A stretch of 64,000 bases of DNA from Chitinophagales bacterium (GTDB lineage: Bacteria > Bacteroidota > Bacteroidia > Chitinophagales > LD1), in assembly GCA_044225825.1 (NCBI GenBank), contig JBGAIB010000002.1:193660-257659 (forward strand), in the 5' to 3' direction. Under the pieces are notes generated by a model that was not told the origin of the DNA, made no database searches, and saw only the letters and a list, made by a program, of their open reading frames with translations. Below, one piece after another: positions 49,631 through 60,321 of this stretch (position 1 is its first letter; each line of letters starts with the position of its first letter). The position numbers and the translations under genes were made by a program.

Positions 49631-50632
49631 TTAGAAAAGGTTGCGGGTAAAAAACAATACTGCCAATGTAAGCAGGTAAACAACTGCAATAGCAAAGGTG
49701 TCGGCCGCCAGCTTCCAACGTTTCTTTTCCTGCTGATAAACAAAGCCAATGATGGCGATACCTGTCATCAGCAAAGCAGCGGCTAATACAATGAGATTGC
49801 TCTTTGAAGCACTTTTAAGCAAGGGACCCCGGGTATAAAAAATATCATCAATAGCCAGTATCAAAAAGTTGAACAGGTTACTGCCAAAAATATTCCCAAC
49901 CGCAATATCAACGGCACCAATGCGTACCGCAGCTATGCTTACTACCAGTTCGGGCAGTGATGTTGAAAGGGCCAGCAACAGCGTGCCTACAAAGGTTTGT
50001 CCAAGGCCGGTTGAAGAAGCAATTTTATCTCCTGCCTGCGGTAAAAACAGGGCAGCGATAACCACTAGTAAAGCATTCAACACATAATACAGCATTGCCT
50101 TTTTCAAAGGCACCTCGTTGGCATGCACCGGCGGTTGGCCGGCAGCTACCGGCTTTTTCTGTTCGAACGTATAAATAGTGCGAATAGCAAGGAGATACAC
50201 CAGTATAATTACAAAAGAGGAGACCCCCACCCAACCAACCGAGGGCAGGTAAGGCGCAGCAACTAATGCTGCAGCTACCGTTGTAATCATAATTACACCA
50301 AAACCTGCGCCGATGATCTGACTCTGCTGTACCCGCGATGAAATGGGAGTGCCGCTGATCAGGAAGTCAAGTATTGATAAAATTAGGATGTTGAACATGC
50401 AGCTGCCGGCAATATCCGCAATGGCAAGGTCGGGCGCATGTACGATTGCCACGGAACTGATGCCTGAAATAAGTTCAGGTAAACTGGTGACCGAGGCCAT
50501 CATAATTAATCCAAACCAGGCGCGGCCCATGCCCGATTTTTCGGCGATGATGTCGCCATAGCGGCTAAGCCGTATGCCGGAGAAAATGATCCCCAGCGCG
50601 CAGATTAAAAAGGTGATGCTGGCGGCTAACAT
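49631..50632 (-). CDS. Sodium:calcium antiporter (CaCA/YrbG family)
   Basis: Two TSLPEL alpha-repeats, GNIFGSNLFN. Confidence 0.9.
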   Translation of the reverse strand: MLAASITFLICALGIIFSGIRLSRYGDIIAEKSGMGRAWFGLIMMASVTSLPELISGISSVAIVHAPDLAIADIAGSCMFNILILSILDFLISGTPISSRVQQSQIIGAGFGVIMITTVAAALVAAPYLPSVGWVGVSSFVIILVYLLAIRTIYTFEQKKPVAAGQPPVHANEVPLKKAMLYYVLNALLVVIAALFLPQAGDKIASSTGLGQTFVGTLLLALSTSLPELVVSIAAVRIGAVDIAVGNIFGSNLFNFLILAIDDIFYTRGPLLKSASKSNLIVLAAALLMTGIAIIGFVYQQEKKRWKLAADTFAIAVVYLLTLAVLFFTRNLF

Positions 50633-50668
50633 GCAGGCAAGATATAAAGAGGAAAAGAAATTACGGGC

Positions 50669-51931
50669 CTATTCCTCTTCTTTCAACTTAAGGTTCACCA
50701 GTTCGATACGTGTATCGGTAGCCCGCAAAATGCGGATGGTGAAATTATCCAGCTCAATAATTTTACCGGCTTCAGGTATATCCTCAAAACCGCTGATCAC
50801 ATAACCGGAGAGTGTGGTATAATCACCTTCAGGGATATTGAGTTTGTATTCGCGGTTCAGGTAGTCAATGTCCAACCTGCCGCTTAGTACAAATTCCACT
50901 TCCGACACTTGCTTCTCGGCCAACTCCTCATCATCATGTTCATCGCGTATTTCGCCGAAGATTTGCTCCATTAAATCTTCGAGTGTAATCAGGCCGGCAG
51001 TGCCTCCGTATTCATCTACCACACGCGCCATATTCTTGCGCTCGCGGATAAACTGTAAGAGCAGATCACGGGCAGTCATGGAAGTAGGAATAACTGGCAG
51101 CGGACGCACCACGCTTTGCAAACTGGCTGGATTTTTCAGCATATCGAAGTGGTGCACATAACCGATGATATTGTCTATTTCCTCTTCGTACACTACCAGT
51201 CGCGAAAGTTTAGATTCGATAAATCGCCGGCGTAGTTCTTCCATGCTCTCGGTAACTTCTACACCCTGTATCTCAGGACGGGGAATCATACAGTTGCGCA
51301 CCTTTACATCTTTCAGATAAAGTGCTTTTTCGAAAATATCGGTGTTCAGCGGGTCAGTCTCTCCATCGGTATCCTTATCGCTTACCGATGTTTCCTTTAC
51401 AAGGTATTCCAGATCTTCTTTGGTGAACTGCAATTTGTTTTCGTTCAACTCTGTACCTGCTACGCTACGGATAATCCAGCGCGAAAGGCGATAGAATATA
51501 TTAGTAAGCGGAGATAGGAGAATGTAAAACAGCTTGATGGGATAGGAGAACAACAACAACGACTGATCGGAATTTACCCGGAACAAAATTTTAGGCAACA
51601 GCTCCCCGAAAATCAAAATCACAAAGGTGGTAAATACGGTTTGTACCAGTAGCAGACGAATTTCGCCCTGCGGCAAAAACGAAAACCGATCGTGTGTAAA
51701 GTAGTTGGCTGTAACGGAGCCAAAGAGCACCAGGGCAATGTTAAGCCCAATAAGCATGGTGCTTATAAACTTGGAAGGGTTGGTATTGAAGTCGGCAATA
51801 ATACGGGCGCGCAGCGAGCCTTTTTCCTTTAATAACTCCACACGCAGTTTATTGGCCGATACAAAGGCGATTTCGATACCGGAGAAAAATGCGATGAGGG
51901 CCAGCGAAAGAAGGATGAGGACAATTTCCAT
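50669..51931 (-). CDS. Hemolysin-family CNNM/CBS/CorC protein
   Basis: FFSGIEIAF, FGELLPK, MIPR, VDEYGGTAGLITLED..GEIRDEHD. Confidence 0.92.
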   Translation of the reverse strand: MEIVLILLSLALIAFFSGIEIAFVSANKLRVELLKEKGSLRARIIADFNTNPSKFISTMLIGLNIALVLFGSVTANYFTHDRFSFLPQGEIRLLLVQTVFTTFVILIFGELLPKILFRVNSDQSLLLFSYPIKLFYILLSPLTNIFYRLSRWIIRSVAGTELNENKLQFTKEDLEYLVKETSVSDKDTDGETDPLNTDIFEKALYLKDVKVRNCMIPRPEIQGVEVTESMEELRRRFIESKLSRLVVYEEEIDNIIGYVHHFDMLKNPASLQSVVRPLPVIPTSMTARDLLLQFIRERKNMARVVDEYGGTAGLITLEDLMEQIFGEIRDEHDDEELAEKQVSEVEFVLSGRLDIDYLNREYKLNIPEGDYTTLSGYVISGFEDIPEAGKIIELDNFTIRILRATDTRIELVNLKLKEEE

Positions 51932-51978
51932 TGAGAGGCGAAAAATACGAAATACCGGCCAATTGCACCGGCGGGTTT

Positions 51979-52010
51979 AAAAAAGGACCGGCAGCATAAG
52001 CTACCGGTCC
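51979..52010 (-). terminator. Rho-independent terminator after the OmpA/MotB gene
   Basis: GGACCGGTAGC-tta-TGCTGCCGGTCC-TTTTTT on the minus strand. Confidence 0.7.
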
Positions 52011-52032
52011 GCCATTAAAACCACTGCGTTCG

Positions 52033-52851
52033 CTATTGCGAAAGAAGTTTGTAGAGTTCGGTAAGGTTAGGTGACAGGATAATTTCAGTACGGCGGTTGC
52101 TGGTTTTGCCGCCTTCGGTAGAGTTGCTTTGTACCGGATGAAACTCGCCCCGGCCTGAGGCAGTAACACGGTGAGGATCTACGTCGTAGTCTTTGGTTAA
52201 GATGCGCACAATCGATACGGCACGGCTGGTGCTTAACTCCCAGTTGTCTTCAAACCTCGAGGTACGGATAGGCACTGTATCGGTATGGCCTTCAATCATT
52301 ACGGTTACATCAGCCGTATTGTTTAACACCATGGCCAATTTGCCAATGGCCTCCTTGCCTTTCGGGTCAATTACTGCGCTGCCCGATTTAAACAGTAGCT
52401 TTTCCTCTAAGGACACATATACATTGCCATCCTTTATATACACGCTTAACTCGTCCGGTTTAAAGTTAACGAGTGCATCGGCAATGGATTTTTTTAACCG
52501 GTTCATTACATCGCGCTGGCTTTGTATCAAATCCTGCAGGGCCTTCAAGCGTTTTTGCTGTTCCTCGATGGTCATTTTTGAACTGGTCGAAACATCCTCC
52601 AGGTTGCTTTGGATAGTGGCATTCTGCGACTGCAGCATGGCCTTATCTTTTTCCAACGATCGAACGCGTGCACCGGCTTCATCCAGTTTACCATTGCATT
52701 CGTTTAAACTTTGATGGAAGGCGGCGCTGTCCTTTTGTAAACGGCCTGCACGGCCTTCTGCCTCCAGGTATTTGCGCTTGGTAACACATGCTGTTAACAG
52801 CATGCAAATGCACAGACAAACGCCTGCGTAACATAGTACTTGTTTTTTCAT
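52033..52851 (-). CDS. OmpA/MotB-family lipoprotein with coiled coil
   Basis: Lipobox LTAC; LLFKSGS, EGHTD, NWELSTSRA, NRRTEI. Confidence 0.9.
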   Translation of the reverse strand: MKKQVLCYAGVCLCICMLLTACVTKRKYLEAEGRAGRLQKDSAAFHQSLNECNGKLDEAGARVRSLEKDKAMLQSQNATIQSNLEDVSTSSKMTIEEQQKRLKALQDLIQSQRDVMNRLKKSIADALVNFKPDELSVYIKDGNVYVSLEEKLLFKSGSAVIDPKGKEAIGKLAMVLNNTADVTVMIEGHTDTVPIRTSRFEDNWELSTSRAVSIVRILTKDYDVDPHRVTASGRGEFHPVQSNSTEGGKTSNRRTEIILSPNLTELYKLLSQ

Positions 52852-52945
52852 TTTGCGGGTTTTAATTTTTGCGTATACTGATACTACGCCCCGCAACCTG
52901 TTTCAGTATGAGTTAACCCCGCTTAAATGCCCTATGCTCCTAAAA

Positions 52946-54121
52946 TCAGCGCTTATCTATCCAGCGATCATGTGGAACAAGCAAATTGTGCGTTATATAG
53001 TAATTGAGCATATCGTTCACAGCTTGCCGGAAGGTGTGTTTAGGTTGATATCCGAGTTCATGCATAGCCCTGGCACTGGAGTAAAATTGGGCATAAAGGC
53101 CAGGCAGGGCAGCAGCACGGCTCAATAACATCGGTTTATTAAACAGTAATGCAAAACGCTCGCTGCACCAGGCTGCTGCCAGCGCCAATGCGGCGGGCAC
53201 TACCACTTTTGGTGCACGGAATGTTTTATCCGGAAAACGCTCCCGCAACACCTCTACTATTATTGCGCACATATCTTTCAGGTATCTGTTATCCTGTTCG
53301 TGCCCCGAAAGTATGTAACGACTACCCGAAGCTGCCTTTTCCATAGCCAGCACTTGCCCCGCGGCTACATCCATTACATGGGCCAGGGGTAGCCCACCGG
53401 CAGTTACTACCGGCATTTGATTGTGATATAACGATAGCAAGTAGAGCCCTGTGCCTAACAGATGATCGTATGGACCGAACATGGTGCCGGGCAAAATGCT
53501 AACCACAGGCAACTGATATTGTTGCACATAGTAGTTTACCAATTCCTGTGCGGCCAATTTCGAATCGTAATAGCCCAAGTCAATTCGGTTTACCCAATTA
53601 CCGGCGTTCGCACGTGCCTGTTCAATAAATTGCAGTGTATCAGCAGAACTTGTAAAGGCGTGCAGTTTAACGCGCGCCTCATAAGGATTGCAGGTTGCTT
53701 CGCTGCCCTGGCTGCCCGGTGGCTCGGCTAAAGCCAGTACATTTACTGTACTGGTATAAACAATTTTTTGGAGTGCCGGAGATTGCCGGGCGGCCTCCAG
53801 CAGGTTACGCGTACCTTCCACATTTACCTGCCATTGCATTTTCTTCTGCCGGCTATCGAAGCTGGTGGAGCCTGCCGTATGAAAAATAAACTCCATATCT
53901 TTTACCGCCTGCTGAACTTCTGACGGATTCAACATGTTGCCCGGCTGCAAATCCAAACCCTGTAGGTCTGCCAGGGCATCGGCAGGGCTCCCATTCAAGT
54001 AGAAAACGCGGACATTGGCAGGGTTAGCGTTTTTTTCGCTGATAAGATAATGGACGATAGCGGCTCCCAGATGGCCCGTGCCGCCTGTTACCAGTATGCG
54101 TTTGTTACTCCAATTTATCAT
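52946..54121 (-). CDS. NAD-dependent epimerase/dehydratase (extended SDR)
   Basis: TGGTGHLG, HTAG, YTST, YxxSK. Confidence 0.9.
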   Translation of the reverse strand: MINWSNKRILVTGGTGHLGAAIVHYLISEKNANPANVRVFYLNGSPADALADLQGLDLQPGNMLNPSEVQQAVKDMEFIFHTAGSTSFDSRQKKMQWQVNVEGTRNLLEAARQSPALQKIVYTSTVNVLALAEPPGSQGSEATCNPYEARVKLHAFTSSADTLQFIEQARANAGNWVNRIDLGYYDSKLAAQELVNYYVQQYQLPVVSILPGTMFGPYDHLLGTGLYLLSLYHNQMPVVTAGGLPLAHVMDVAAGQVLAMEKAASGSRYILSGHEQDNRYLKDMCAIIVEVLRERFPDKTFRAPKVVVPAALALAAAWCSERFALLFNKPMLLSRAAALPGLYAQFYSSARAMHELGYQPKHTFRQAVNDMLNYYITHNLLVPHDRWIDKR

Positions 54122-54216
54122 AATTGCAGGAGGTAAACCTACCGAATTGCGAGGTTAAATGGGTTTTGCACTAAAGTAAAAATTCTACCTTCGCCCCCGC
54201 TTTATAATAATTACTA

Positions 54217-55578
54217 GTGGCCAAGCCTAAGAACATAATAGTGATTGTAGCGGATAGCCTTCGTTACGATTCAGCTTATCACGAGGGCACACCCGGTGTT
54301 CCGTATCTGGAGAAACATGGTATTCAGTTCACCAATGCACGTTCATCGGGTTGCTGGACCCTACCTGCAACATCTTCCCTGTTTACAGGGTTGTTACCGC
54401 ACGAACACGGAGCTACATCACAAAGCCGCTGGCTGGATGCTAAAGTGCCTACCCTTTCTGAAAAACTTCGCCCTGCCGGATATGTACCCATGCAGGTTTC
54501 GGCCAACATCGTAACCACTGATGTGTTTAACGTAAGCAAAGGCTTTGATGAAGTGTATAAAACATGGCAGTTTGTAGAGAGCCGGCACCAATGGCTGTTG
54601 CGCATGGTATTATCGCTTAACCGCCCGCGCATACGCCGCATGTTTATGAAACCCAAGGATCTTGTGTTTGACAAGATAAGCGAGGATCTGCGGCAGGGTA
54701 TTATCTGGGCACAGAAGACGGCTAATGATTCGTTTGTCCGGGCCAAACAGCTAATCGACGAGCGCAACGCTAAAGGCGAAGGTGTGTTTATGTTCATCAA
54801 CCTGATGGAAACGCACTACCCTTACCATATTGCCGATACCTTTTCGCTTTTAAGCAGTGGTATACTGGATAAGATTCATGAGTGGAAGGTGTTGTATCAT
54901 TACCTGTCGCAAAGCTTTTTGAAAAATGATAAGGGCACTATAACCCAGGCCGATCTCGATTTACTGCGCCGGAAGCAGCAATTGTCATGGAAGTTGATAC
55001 GTGATGACGTAGACAACTTCTGTAAGGAAATGCACAGCGGCCAGGATAACCTGGTGGTGTTTTTAAGCGATCACGGCGATAATTTCGGCGATCAGGGCTG
55101 GCAATATCACTTCAGCAACGTTACCGATGGCGGTAACAAAGTACCTGTATTCTGGCTGGACCATGAGAGCAACCAGGGGGAGGTGCGCAGCCATAATGTT
55201 ACTTCGCGTTATGTGCATTACGATATTTTACGTGCTGCAGGGATTGAAGAGAATGGTCGGACCATGATGCAGGAAACCGACAACAACCTGCCAATGCTAC
55301 AAAGTTATTGGTACGACAATGAAGGTCACACGCTGGATAAGTACAAGTATAACCAGGCGGCATTTATTGATGGCGACAAGCGTTTTGTGCTGCGCGCCGG
55401 TAAATGGATGTACGCGCCGGTTGGTGTACAAGGGGCGGAACCAACTTTTGAGAATGTAGAGCCTAATTTTAACCCAATAGAGGCATTACAACTTAGCCAA
55501 GAACGCAAGGCTTACCTTGAAAGCAGTATTAAACACTTCTCCGCCTTCAGCGAAAAGATCATGAACAAGGGCAAATAA
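54217..55578 (+). CDS. Sulfatase-like hydrolase/transferase
   Basis: VADSLRYD, WTLPA.SSLFTG, INLMETHYPY, LSDHGD. Confidence 0.85.
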   Translation: MAKPKNIIVIVADSLRYDSAYHEGTPGVPYLEKHGIQFTNARSSGCWTLPATSSLFTGLLPHEHGATSQSRWLDAKVPTLSEKLRPAGYVPMQVSANIVTTDVFNVSKGFDEVYKTWQFVESRHQWLLRMVLSLNRPRIRRMFMKPKDLVFDKISEDLRQGIIWAQKTANDSFVRAKQLIDERNAKGEGVFMFINLMETHYPYHIADTFSLLSSGILDKIHEWKVLYHYLSQSFLKNDKGTITQADLDLLRRKQQLSWKLIRDDVDNFCKEMHSGQDNLVVFLSDHGDNFGDQGWQYHFSNVTDGGNKVPVFWLDHESNQGEVRSHNVTSRYVHYDILRAAGIEENGRTMMQETDNNLPMLQSYWYDNEGHTLDKYKYNQAAFIDGDKRFVLRAGKWMYAPVGVQGAEPTFENVEPNFNPIEALQLSQERKAYLESSIKHFSAFSEKIMNKGK

Positions 55579-55656
55579 ATTGCCAATTCTGCCAATAAAC
55601 GGCATGGCTGTGCCTTTATGTCTGAATGCATTTGCTTTGCGTAAATATTTTTAACC

Positions 55657-56019
55657 GTGAATATTGAAGAGGTACGCGATTACTGCATGGCCAAAAAAGG
55701 CGTTACCGAAGCCTTTCCTTTTGACAGCGATACGCTTGTGTTTAAGGTAATGGGCAAGATATTTTTGCTCACCAGCTTGACTTTCAGGCCATTTAGGTGT
55801 AATTTGAAGATGAATTCGGAGTTAGTGGAAGAATACCGTGAAAAGTATCACGATGTTATTCCCGGTTATCACATGAGCAAAAAGATGTGGAATTCTGTTT
55901 ATTTTGATACCGGATCCATTCCAAGGGCTACGTTAAAATGGATGATTGACCATTCCTATGAAGAAGTGGTACGGGGTTTGAGCAAGAAAGATAAGCAGGT
56001 ATTGGAGGAGATTGACTAA
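55657..56019 (+). CDS. MmcQ/YjbR family protein
   Basis: FPFD..TLVFKVMGKIF, PGYHMSKK.WN, IDHSY. Confidence 0.92.
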   Translation: MNIEEVRDYCMAKKGVTEAFPFDSDTLVFKVMGKIFLLTSLTFRPFRCNLKMNSELVEEYREKYHDVIPGYHMSKKMWNSVYFDTGSIPRATLKWMIDHSYEEVVRGLSKKDKQVLEEID

Positions 56020-56079
56020 CCGGTATTTAGACAGCAATAAGAAGCGGCCCGCGCACGTTGCATAAAAGGAGAAGTAACA

Positions 56080-56436
56080 ATGGGAATTCAGGATCTAATA
56101 TTGACAATTGCGTTTTGTGTGGTTTTTTACCGCATGGCGCACAGCAAAGGCCTTTCGCCGTGGCCTTATATTATTAATTACAGTGGTGCCGTATTGCTGG
56201 GTTGCTTTTTAGTAGCCTACACCTTCATTTCGATGTTTGGCCCGGAGGCTTTGCAAACCGAAGAAGGTATGAAAACCGCCCTCTACTTTGCGCCCGTTAC
56301 CATCGCTTACGAGATACTGTTGTATTTGTATTTCCGCAAAAGGCTGGAAAAAGCTATTGCGGTGCGCGAACACGAAGAAGACGATTTTACTCCTCCACCA
56401 CCGCCACCTAAAAAGGATCTTTCCTATTTCCGCTAA
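56080..56436 (+). CDS. Small membrane protein
   Basis: Three hydrophobic segments and a Pro-rich tail ending DLSYFR. Confidence 0.65.
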   Translation: MGIQDLILTIAFCVVFYRMAHSKGLSPWPYIINYSGAVLLGCFLVAYTFISMFGPEALQTEEGMKTALYFAPVTIAYEILLYLYFRKRLEKAIAVREHEEDDFTPPPPPPKKDLSYFR

Positions 56437-56486
56437 TAGCGTGGTTCGCACTGTTTATTACCGTTTAAAAGCAATTAATTTGCCCT

Positions 56487-57539
56487 GTGCTTGATTATAT
56501 CATAGTAGGGCAGGGTATTGCTGGTTCGATGCTGGGCTGGTTTTTAGAAAAAGCCGGGAAACAGTTTGTGCTGCTGGAACAAGATAAGCCCAACAGCAGT
56601 TCGCTGGTAGCTGCCGGCCTATTAAACCCTATTACCGGTCGTAAGTTTAGCAAAACGTGGCTGGCCGAGGAGATCTTCCCCTTTGCCGAAAGCACCTATC
56701 ATGAAATAGAAAACAAACTCCAGCAAACACTCTATCAATCCTTTCCATTGCTCCATTTGTTCGATTCGGTTAAAGCACAGAACGACTGGAGCCTGCGTTG
56801 CGCCTCGCCCGGCTATACGCGTTTTTTAAAAAGCGAGGAGATCATTTACCTGGACAACAAGAAAGTTAAAAACGATTTCGGCGCTTTTGAGGTGGGTGGC
56901 GCAGGCCGCATGTACACTGAAAAACTGGTGCCCGCCCTACGCACCTACTTTCAGCAACAGGGCAAGTTAAGGCTGCAACGCTTTGAGCAACGTGCGCTTA
57001 AACTAATAGATGATGGCGTGCAGTATGAGGACCTTACAGCACACCGTATTATCTTTTGCGAAGGTGCTGCACCTAATTCGTTTTTTACCGAAATACCCTA
57101 TCAGTATGCAAAGGGCGAATGCCTGTTAGTGCGCATAAAGGATTTTTATCCGGAGTATATTATCAAAGGTGATGCTGGCATAATACCGTGGACCGAGAAG
57201 GATATTTATTATATTGGAGCAACCCACCACTGGCATTTTACCGATGAGCAGCCAAGCCCCATAGGCCGTCAGGAGTTAGAGCAAAACCTGCAACAGGTGC
57301 TTCGCCTGCCGTACGAGGTAATAGACCACCGGGCCGCTATACGGCCGGCAACCCATGGGCGGAGACCTTTTATTGGCCTGCACCCCGAACACAAACAGAT
57401 AGGCATCTTAAACGGCCTGGGCACCAAAGGCTTTTCGCTGGCGCCGTATTTTGCACAACATCTGGTGGAGCATCTGGAAAAGGGCACAGCGCTATTGCCC
57501 GAGGTAGATGTACAACGGATTTATAAGGCGAAAGCTTAA
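56487..57539 (+). CDS. FAD-dependent oxidoreductase (DAO family)
   Basis: IVGQGIAG, AAGLLNP, IRPAT..RRP, NGLGTKG. Confidence 0.9.
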   Translation: MLDYIIVGQGIAGSMLGWFLEKAGKQFVLLEQDKPNSSSLVAAGLLNPITGRKFSKTWLAEEIFPFAESTYHEIENKLQQTLYQSFPLLHLFDSVKAQNDWSLRCASPGYTRFLKSEEIIYLDNKKVKNDFGAFEVGGAGRMYTEKLVPALRTYFQQQGKLRLQRFEQRALKLIDDGVQYEDLTAHRIIFCEGAAPNSFFTEIPYQYAKGECLLVRIKDFYPEYIIKGDAGIIPWTEKDIYYIGATHHWHFTDEQPSPIGRQELEQNLQQVLRLPYEVIDHRAAIRPATHGRRPFIGLHPEHKQIGILNGLGTKGFSLAPYFAQHLVEHLEKGTALLPEVDVQRIYKAKA

Positions 57540-57575
57540 ATTGATATTTACAGGGCGTTTTAATAAACTTGCTGA

Positions 57576-58064
57576 ATGATAAAGGCTACCGTAAACGGCA
57601 AAAAGGAATTTACCATTGACAATAATTCGCTGGACGGCACTGCTGTAGAGTGGGATATTTTGGAAGTGCGCGACAACACTTTTCACATTCTGCTAAACAA
57701 CAAAAGTTACAATGCCACCCTTATCAGTTTCAACCGCGAAGAAAAAACCATGGTGGTAAATGTAAACGGCAACGATTACGAAATCAGTGTTCGCGATAAA
57801 TACGATTTGCTTTTGCAGCAACTGGGCATTTCGGCCAGTGCTTCAGCAGCCGCCCAAAACATCAAGGCTCCTATGCCGGGTTTGATTATTCAACTGCTGG
57901 CCGAAGAAGGACAGGAAGTAAAAAAAGGCGACGCCGTGATGATACTGGAAGCCATGAAAATGGAAAACGTATTGAAAAGTCCGCGCGACGGCAAGGTGAA
58001 AAAAATAAAAGCTGCTTTGCGGCAGGCCGTTGAAAAGGGTCAGGTGCTAATTGAGTTTGAATAG
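57576..58064 (+). CDS. Biotin carboxyl carrier protein
   Basis: APMPG, EAMKMEN. Confidence 0.93.
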   Translation: MIKATVNGKKEFTIDNNSLDGTAVEWDILEVRDNTFHILLNNKSYNATLISFNREEKTMVVNVNGNDYEISVRDKYDLLLQQLGISASASAAAQNIKAPMPGLIIQLLAEEGQEVKKGDAVMILEAMKMENVLKSPRDGKVKKIKAALRQAVEKGQVLIEFE

Positions 58065-58192
58065 CTACTGTACTACTGCACACTACCTGCTACACTTTAG
58101 GGTTTTTCCGCATGGCTATGCTATAAAAAAGTATCCCCGCAGTTGCAGGCCATAACATACAATTTCTTTCTTCGCAACAAACACAAAGCAAT

Positions 58193-58732
58193 ATGGCAGC
58201 ACAAAATTTAGGCGTTGGTTCGCGTATTGAACATCCGAAATTCGGTCGCGGTGTAGTAGTAGATATGGATGCCGAATTTTACACCGTATGGTTTCGCGAC
58301 GGCGGCGGCACCCGTGGTATTGCGCGCGACTTTGAAGGCATGAACGTACTGGAAGCCGCTGCGGCTGACTACACCCCGCTTTCGCTGGATGATATTAAAC
58401 GCGCTGTGGCTGCCGTGCTGGAAGAAAAAAGTGATATACAGGAAGTGGTTTCGCTGGCACAACGCTGGAACCGCGGCATCCTGATATTAAAGCCCGAGGA
58501 CAGCAGTTTACAGCCTAAGGAAATTCCTATTGAATCCTTCTTCCACAAAATTGTAATGCTGCGCGACCGTCTGCGCGTAATGGAGCAAAAAATTAATGCG
58601 CACAAGCAACTTACGGATGAGGACAAAATAGAGATGCAGCAATACATCACCCGTATATACGGTTCGCTCACAACCTTTAATGTGCTGTTTAAGTATACCG
58701 AAGACCAGTTTAAAGGCACTGGAGAAAAGTAG
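58193..58732 (+). CDS. Conserved hypothetical protein
   Basis: HPKFGRG N-terminus; FFHKIVMLRDRLRVMEQ..YGSLTTFNVLF. Confidence 0.8.
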   Translation: MAAQNLGVGSRIEHPKFGRGVVVDMDAEFYTVWFRDGGGTRGIARDFEGMNVLEAAAADYTPLSLDDIKRAVAAVLEEKSDIQEVVSLAQRWNRGILILKPEDSSLQPKEIPIESFFHKIVMLRDRLRVMEQKINAHKQLTDEDKIEMQQYITRIYGSLTTFNVLFKYTEDQFKGTGEK

Positions 58733-59054
58733 CTAATGGCAATACGTGCTTTAAAAAGTGGCCAAATCTGTCCTCCAAAAGTTTTTGGAAAGTTTTTACT
58801 TAGCATTTGTTTGTGAAGCGGCCTTGCCGTAGGGCGGACCATCTTCCTTTTATCTCTGTTTAACTGATATACCGAAGTTTAGCGGTACGTGTAGATTTTG
58901 GAAAAACTAAGGAGGCTACGTTTCTTGCCTGTAATAGAACCAACCTCCGGTTTATTTTTTAAGGCGCCCTCTTGTAACTAAGCTACCCATGTTTACATGG
59001 GTTCCTCAATGCTTAAAAAGATCAGTTAACCAAAATAATACTAACCCATTTCCA

Positions 59055-60317
59055 ATGAAAAGGACACATTTAATTGTCTTAATGATAGTTGTTGCTATAA
59101 GTGGCTGTTCGACCTACAAAGTAGCACCGGTTAAAAATGGTCAAACACTGCCCGGCAACGTAATAACCTATTACTTGCCACAAAAGCAATACGATGTACA
59201 GTTGGCGATAAAGGTAACTACCAAAACACCCAGCGATTATGTGGCATCTGACCCTAATGCAGATAAGAAAGTGTTTGCGGCACTGGGTTATAACGATGTT
59301 ATTTTAGCAAAGTCGGTTAAAGTAGTACTTAACAGCGCATCACTGATAAATCGTGCTGTGCCGGATAGTAATCAATGTTATGCCATTACTTTGCCGGCAC
59401 GCGGCCGGGCGTTCAGCAACGATCAGTTTGCTTTTAATCTTACTGAGAACGGCTTTTTAACCGGCGCGTCTATTACTCAAAATAATTATTTGTTTGAGGC
59501 TTTAGGCAATATAGCCGCTACGGCTGCCGAAATAGGTGTATCTGCTATGCGCAACGACGATGCCGGTAATGCAGGCAAAACGCCGCTCGATGTTTTACTG
59601 GACAAGATTGTTGGTGTTCGCAAAATGCGCGAGGCCATTCTTAACGACAAATACAGTGAATATTCGGCCGAACGGTTAAAAGACTTAACCGAAGAAGAAG
59701 GGCGATTAATGGCACTCTTAAGTGGCGACATAACGATTAAGGAATACACTCCTACCCTGCCATACGACATAAGCATTAAGCCCCAGTCAGGGGTAAAAAC
59801 CCCTTTTTGTAAACTGATTAAGGCCTTCCCCTACTTTACTACAACTGACATTTCTACAAACGAAGACAATGTTATTTATATAACGATGGACCAAACCAAT
59901 AAAACACCTGCCACAGCCTATAGCATCCAAACCGCTAGCAACGGTCTTTACTACAGAATTCCTGCAACTTGTTTGTTTACAATTTGGCAGGATAAATTGA
60001 TTGTTAAACGGCAGGTAGAAACGGTGCCGCAATTTGGTTCAGTTGCGCAATTGCCTAATGGAATTATCTCTCTTAAAAAATCGCTAGATATAAGTATAGA
60101 TCCTGCTACAGGAGCCTTATTAAAGGTGGACATGAAAATACAAGGTATCAGTCCTGCATTGGTTGCAGATGCCGGTGCAGCTGCAGTTGATCTTACCGGC
60201 AAGATAAAAGATCGCGATTTAGACAAGCTCACCCGTCAGGTAGACTTGCTGACCAAACAAAAGGAGTTGTTAGATGCACAGAAAGCACTGAGGGAAGCCC
60301 AAGAAATCCAAAAATAG
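59055..60317 (+). CDS. Lipoprotein, DUF4831-like, with C-terminal coiled coil
   Basis: Lipobox ISGC; ITYYLP, F.LTENGFL, GLYYRIPA, VPQFG, DPATGAL. Confidence 0.62.
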   Translation: MKRTHLIVLMIVVAISGCSTYKVAPVKNGQTLPGNVITYYLPQKQYDVQLAIKVTTKTPSDYVASDPNADKKVFAALGYNDVILAKSVKVVLNSASLINRAVPDSNQCYAITLPARGRAFSNDQFAFNLTENGFLTGASITQNNYLFEALGNIAATAAEIGVSAMRNDDAGNAGKTPLDVLLDKIVGVRKMREAILNDKYSEYSAERLKDLTEEEGRLMALLSGDITIKEYTPTLPYDISIKPQSGVKTPFCKLIKAFPYFTTTDISTNEDNVIYITMDQTNKTPATAYSIQTASNGLYYRIPATCLFTIWQDKLIVKRQVETVPQFGSVAQLPNGIISLKKSLDISIDPATGALLKVDMKIQGISPALVADAGAAAVDLTGKIKDRDLDKLTRQVDLLTKQKELLDAQKALREAQEIQK

Positions 60318-60321
60318 TTGA

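Noticed and set aside
52033-52851. Flagellar motor protein MotB
   Set aside because: It has a lipoprotein signal and no motA or flagellar genes nearby; a generic OmpA-domain lipoprotein is more likely
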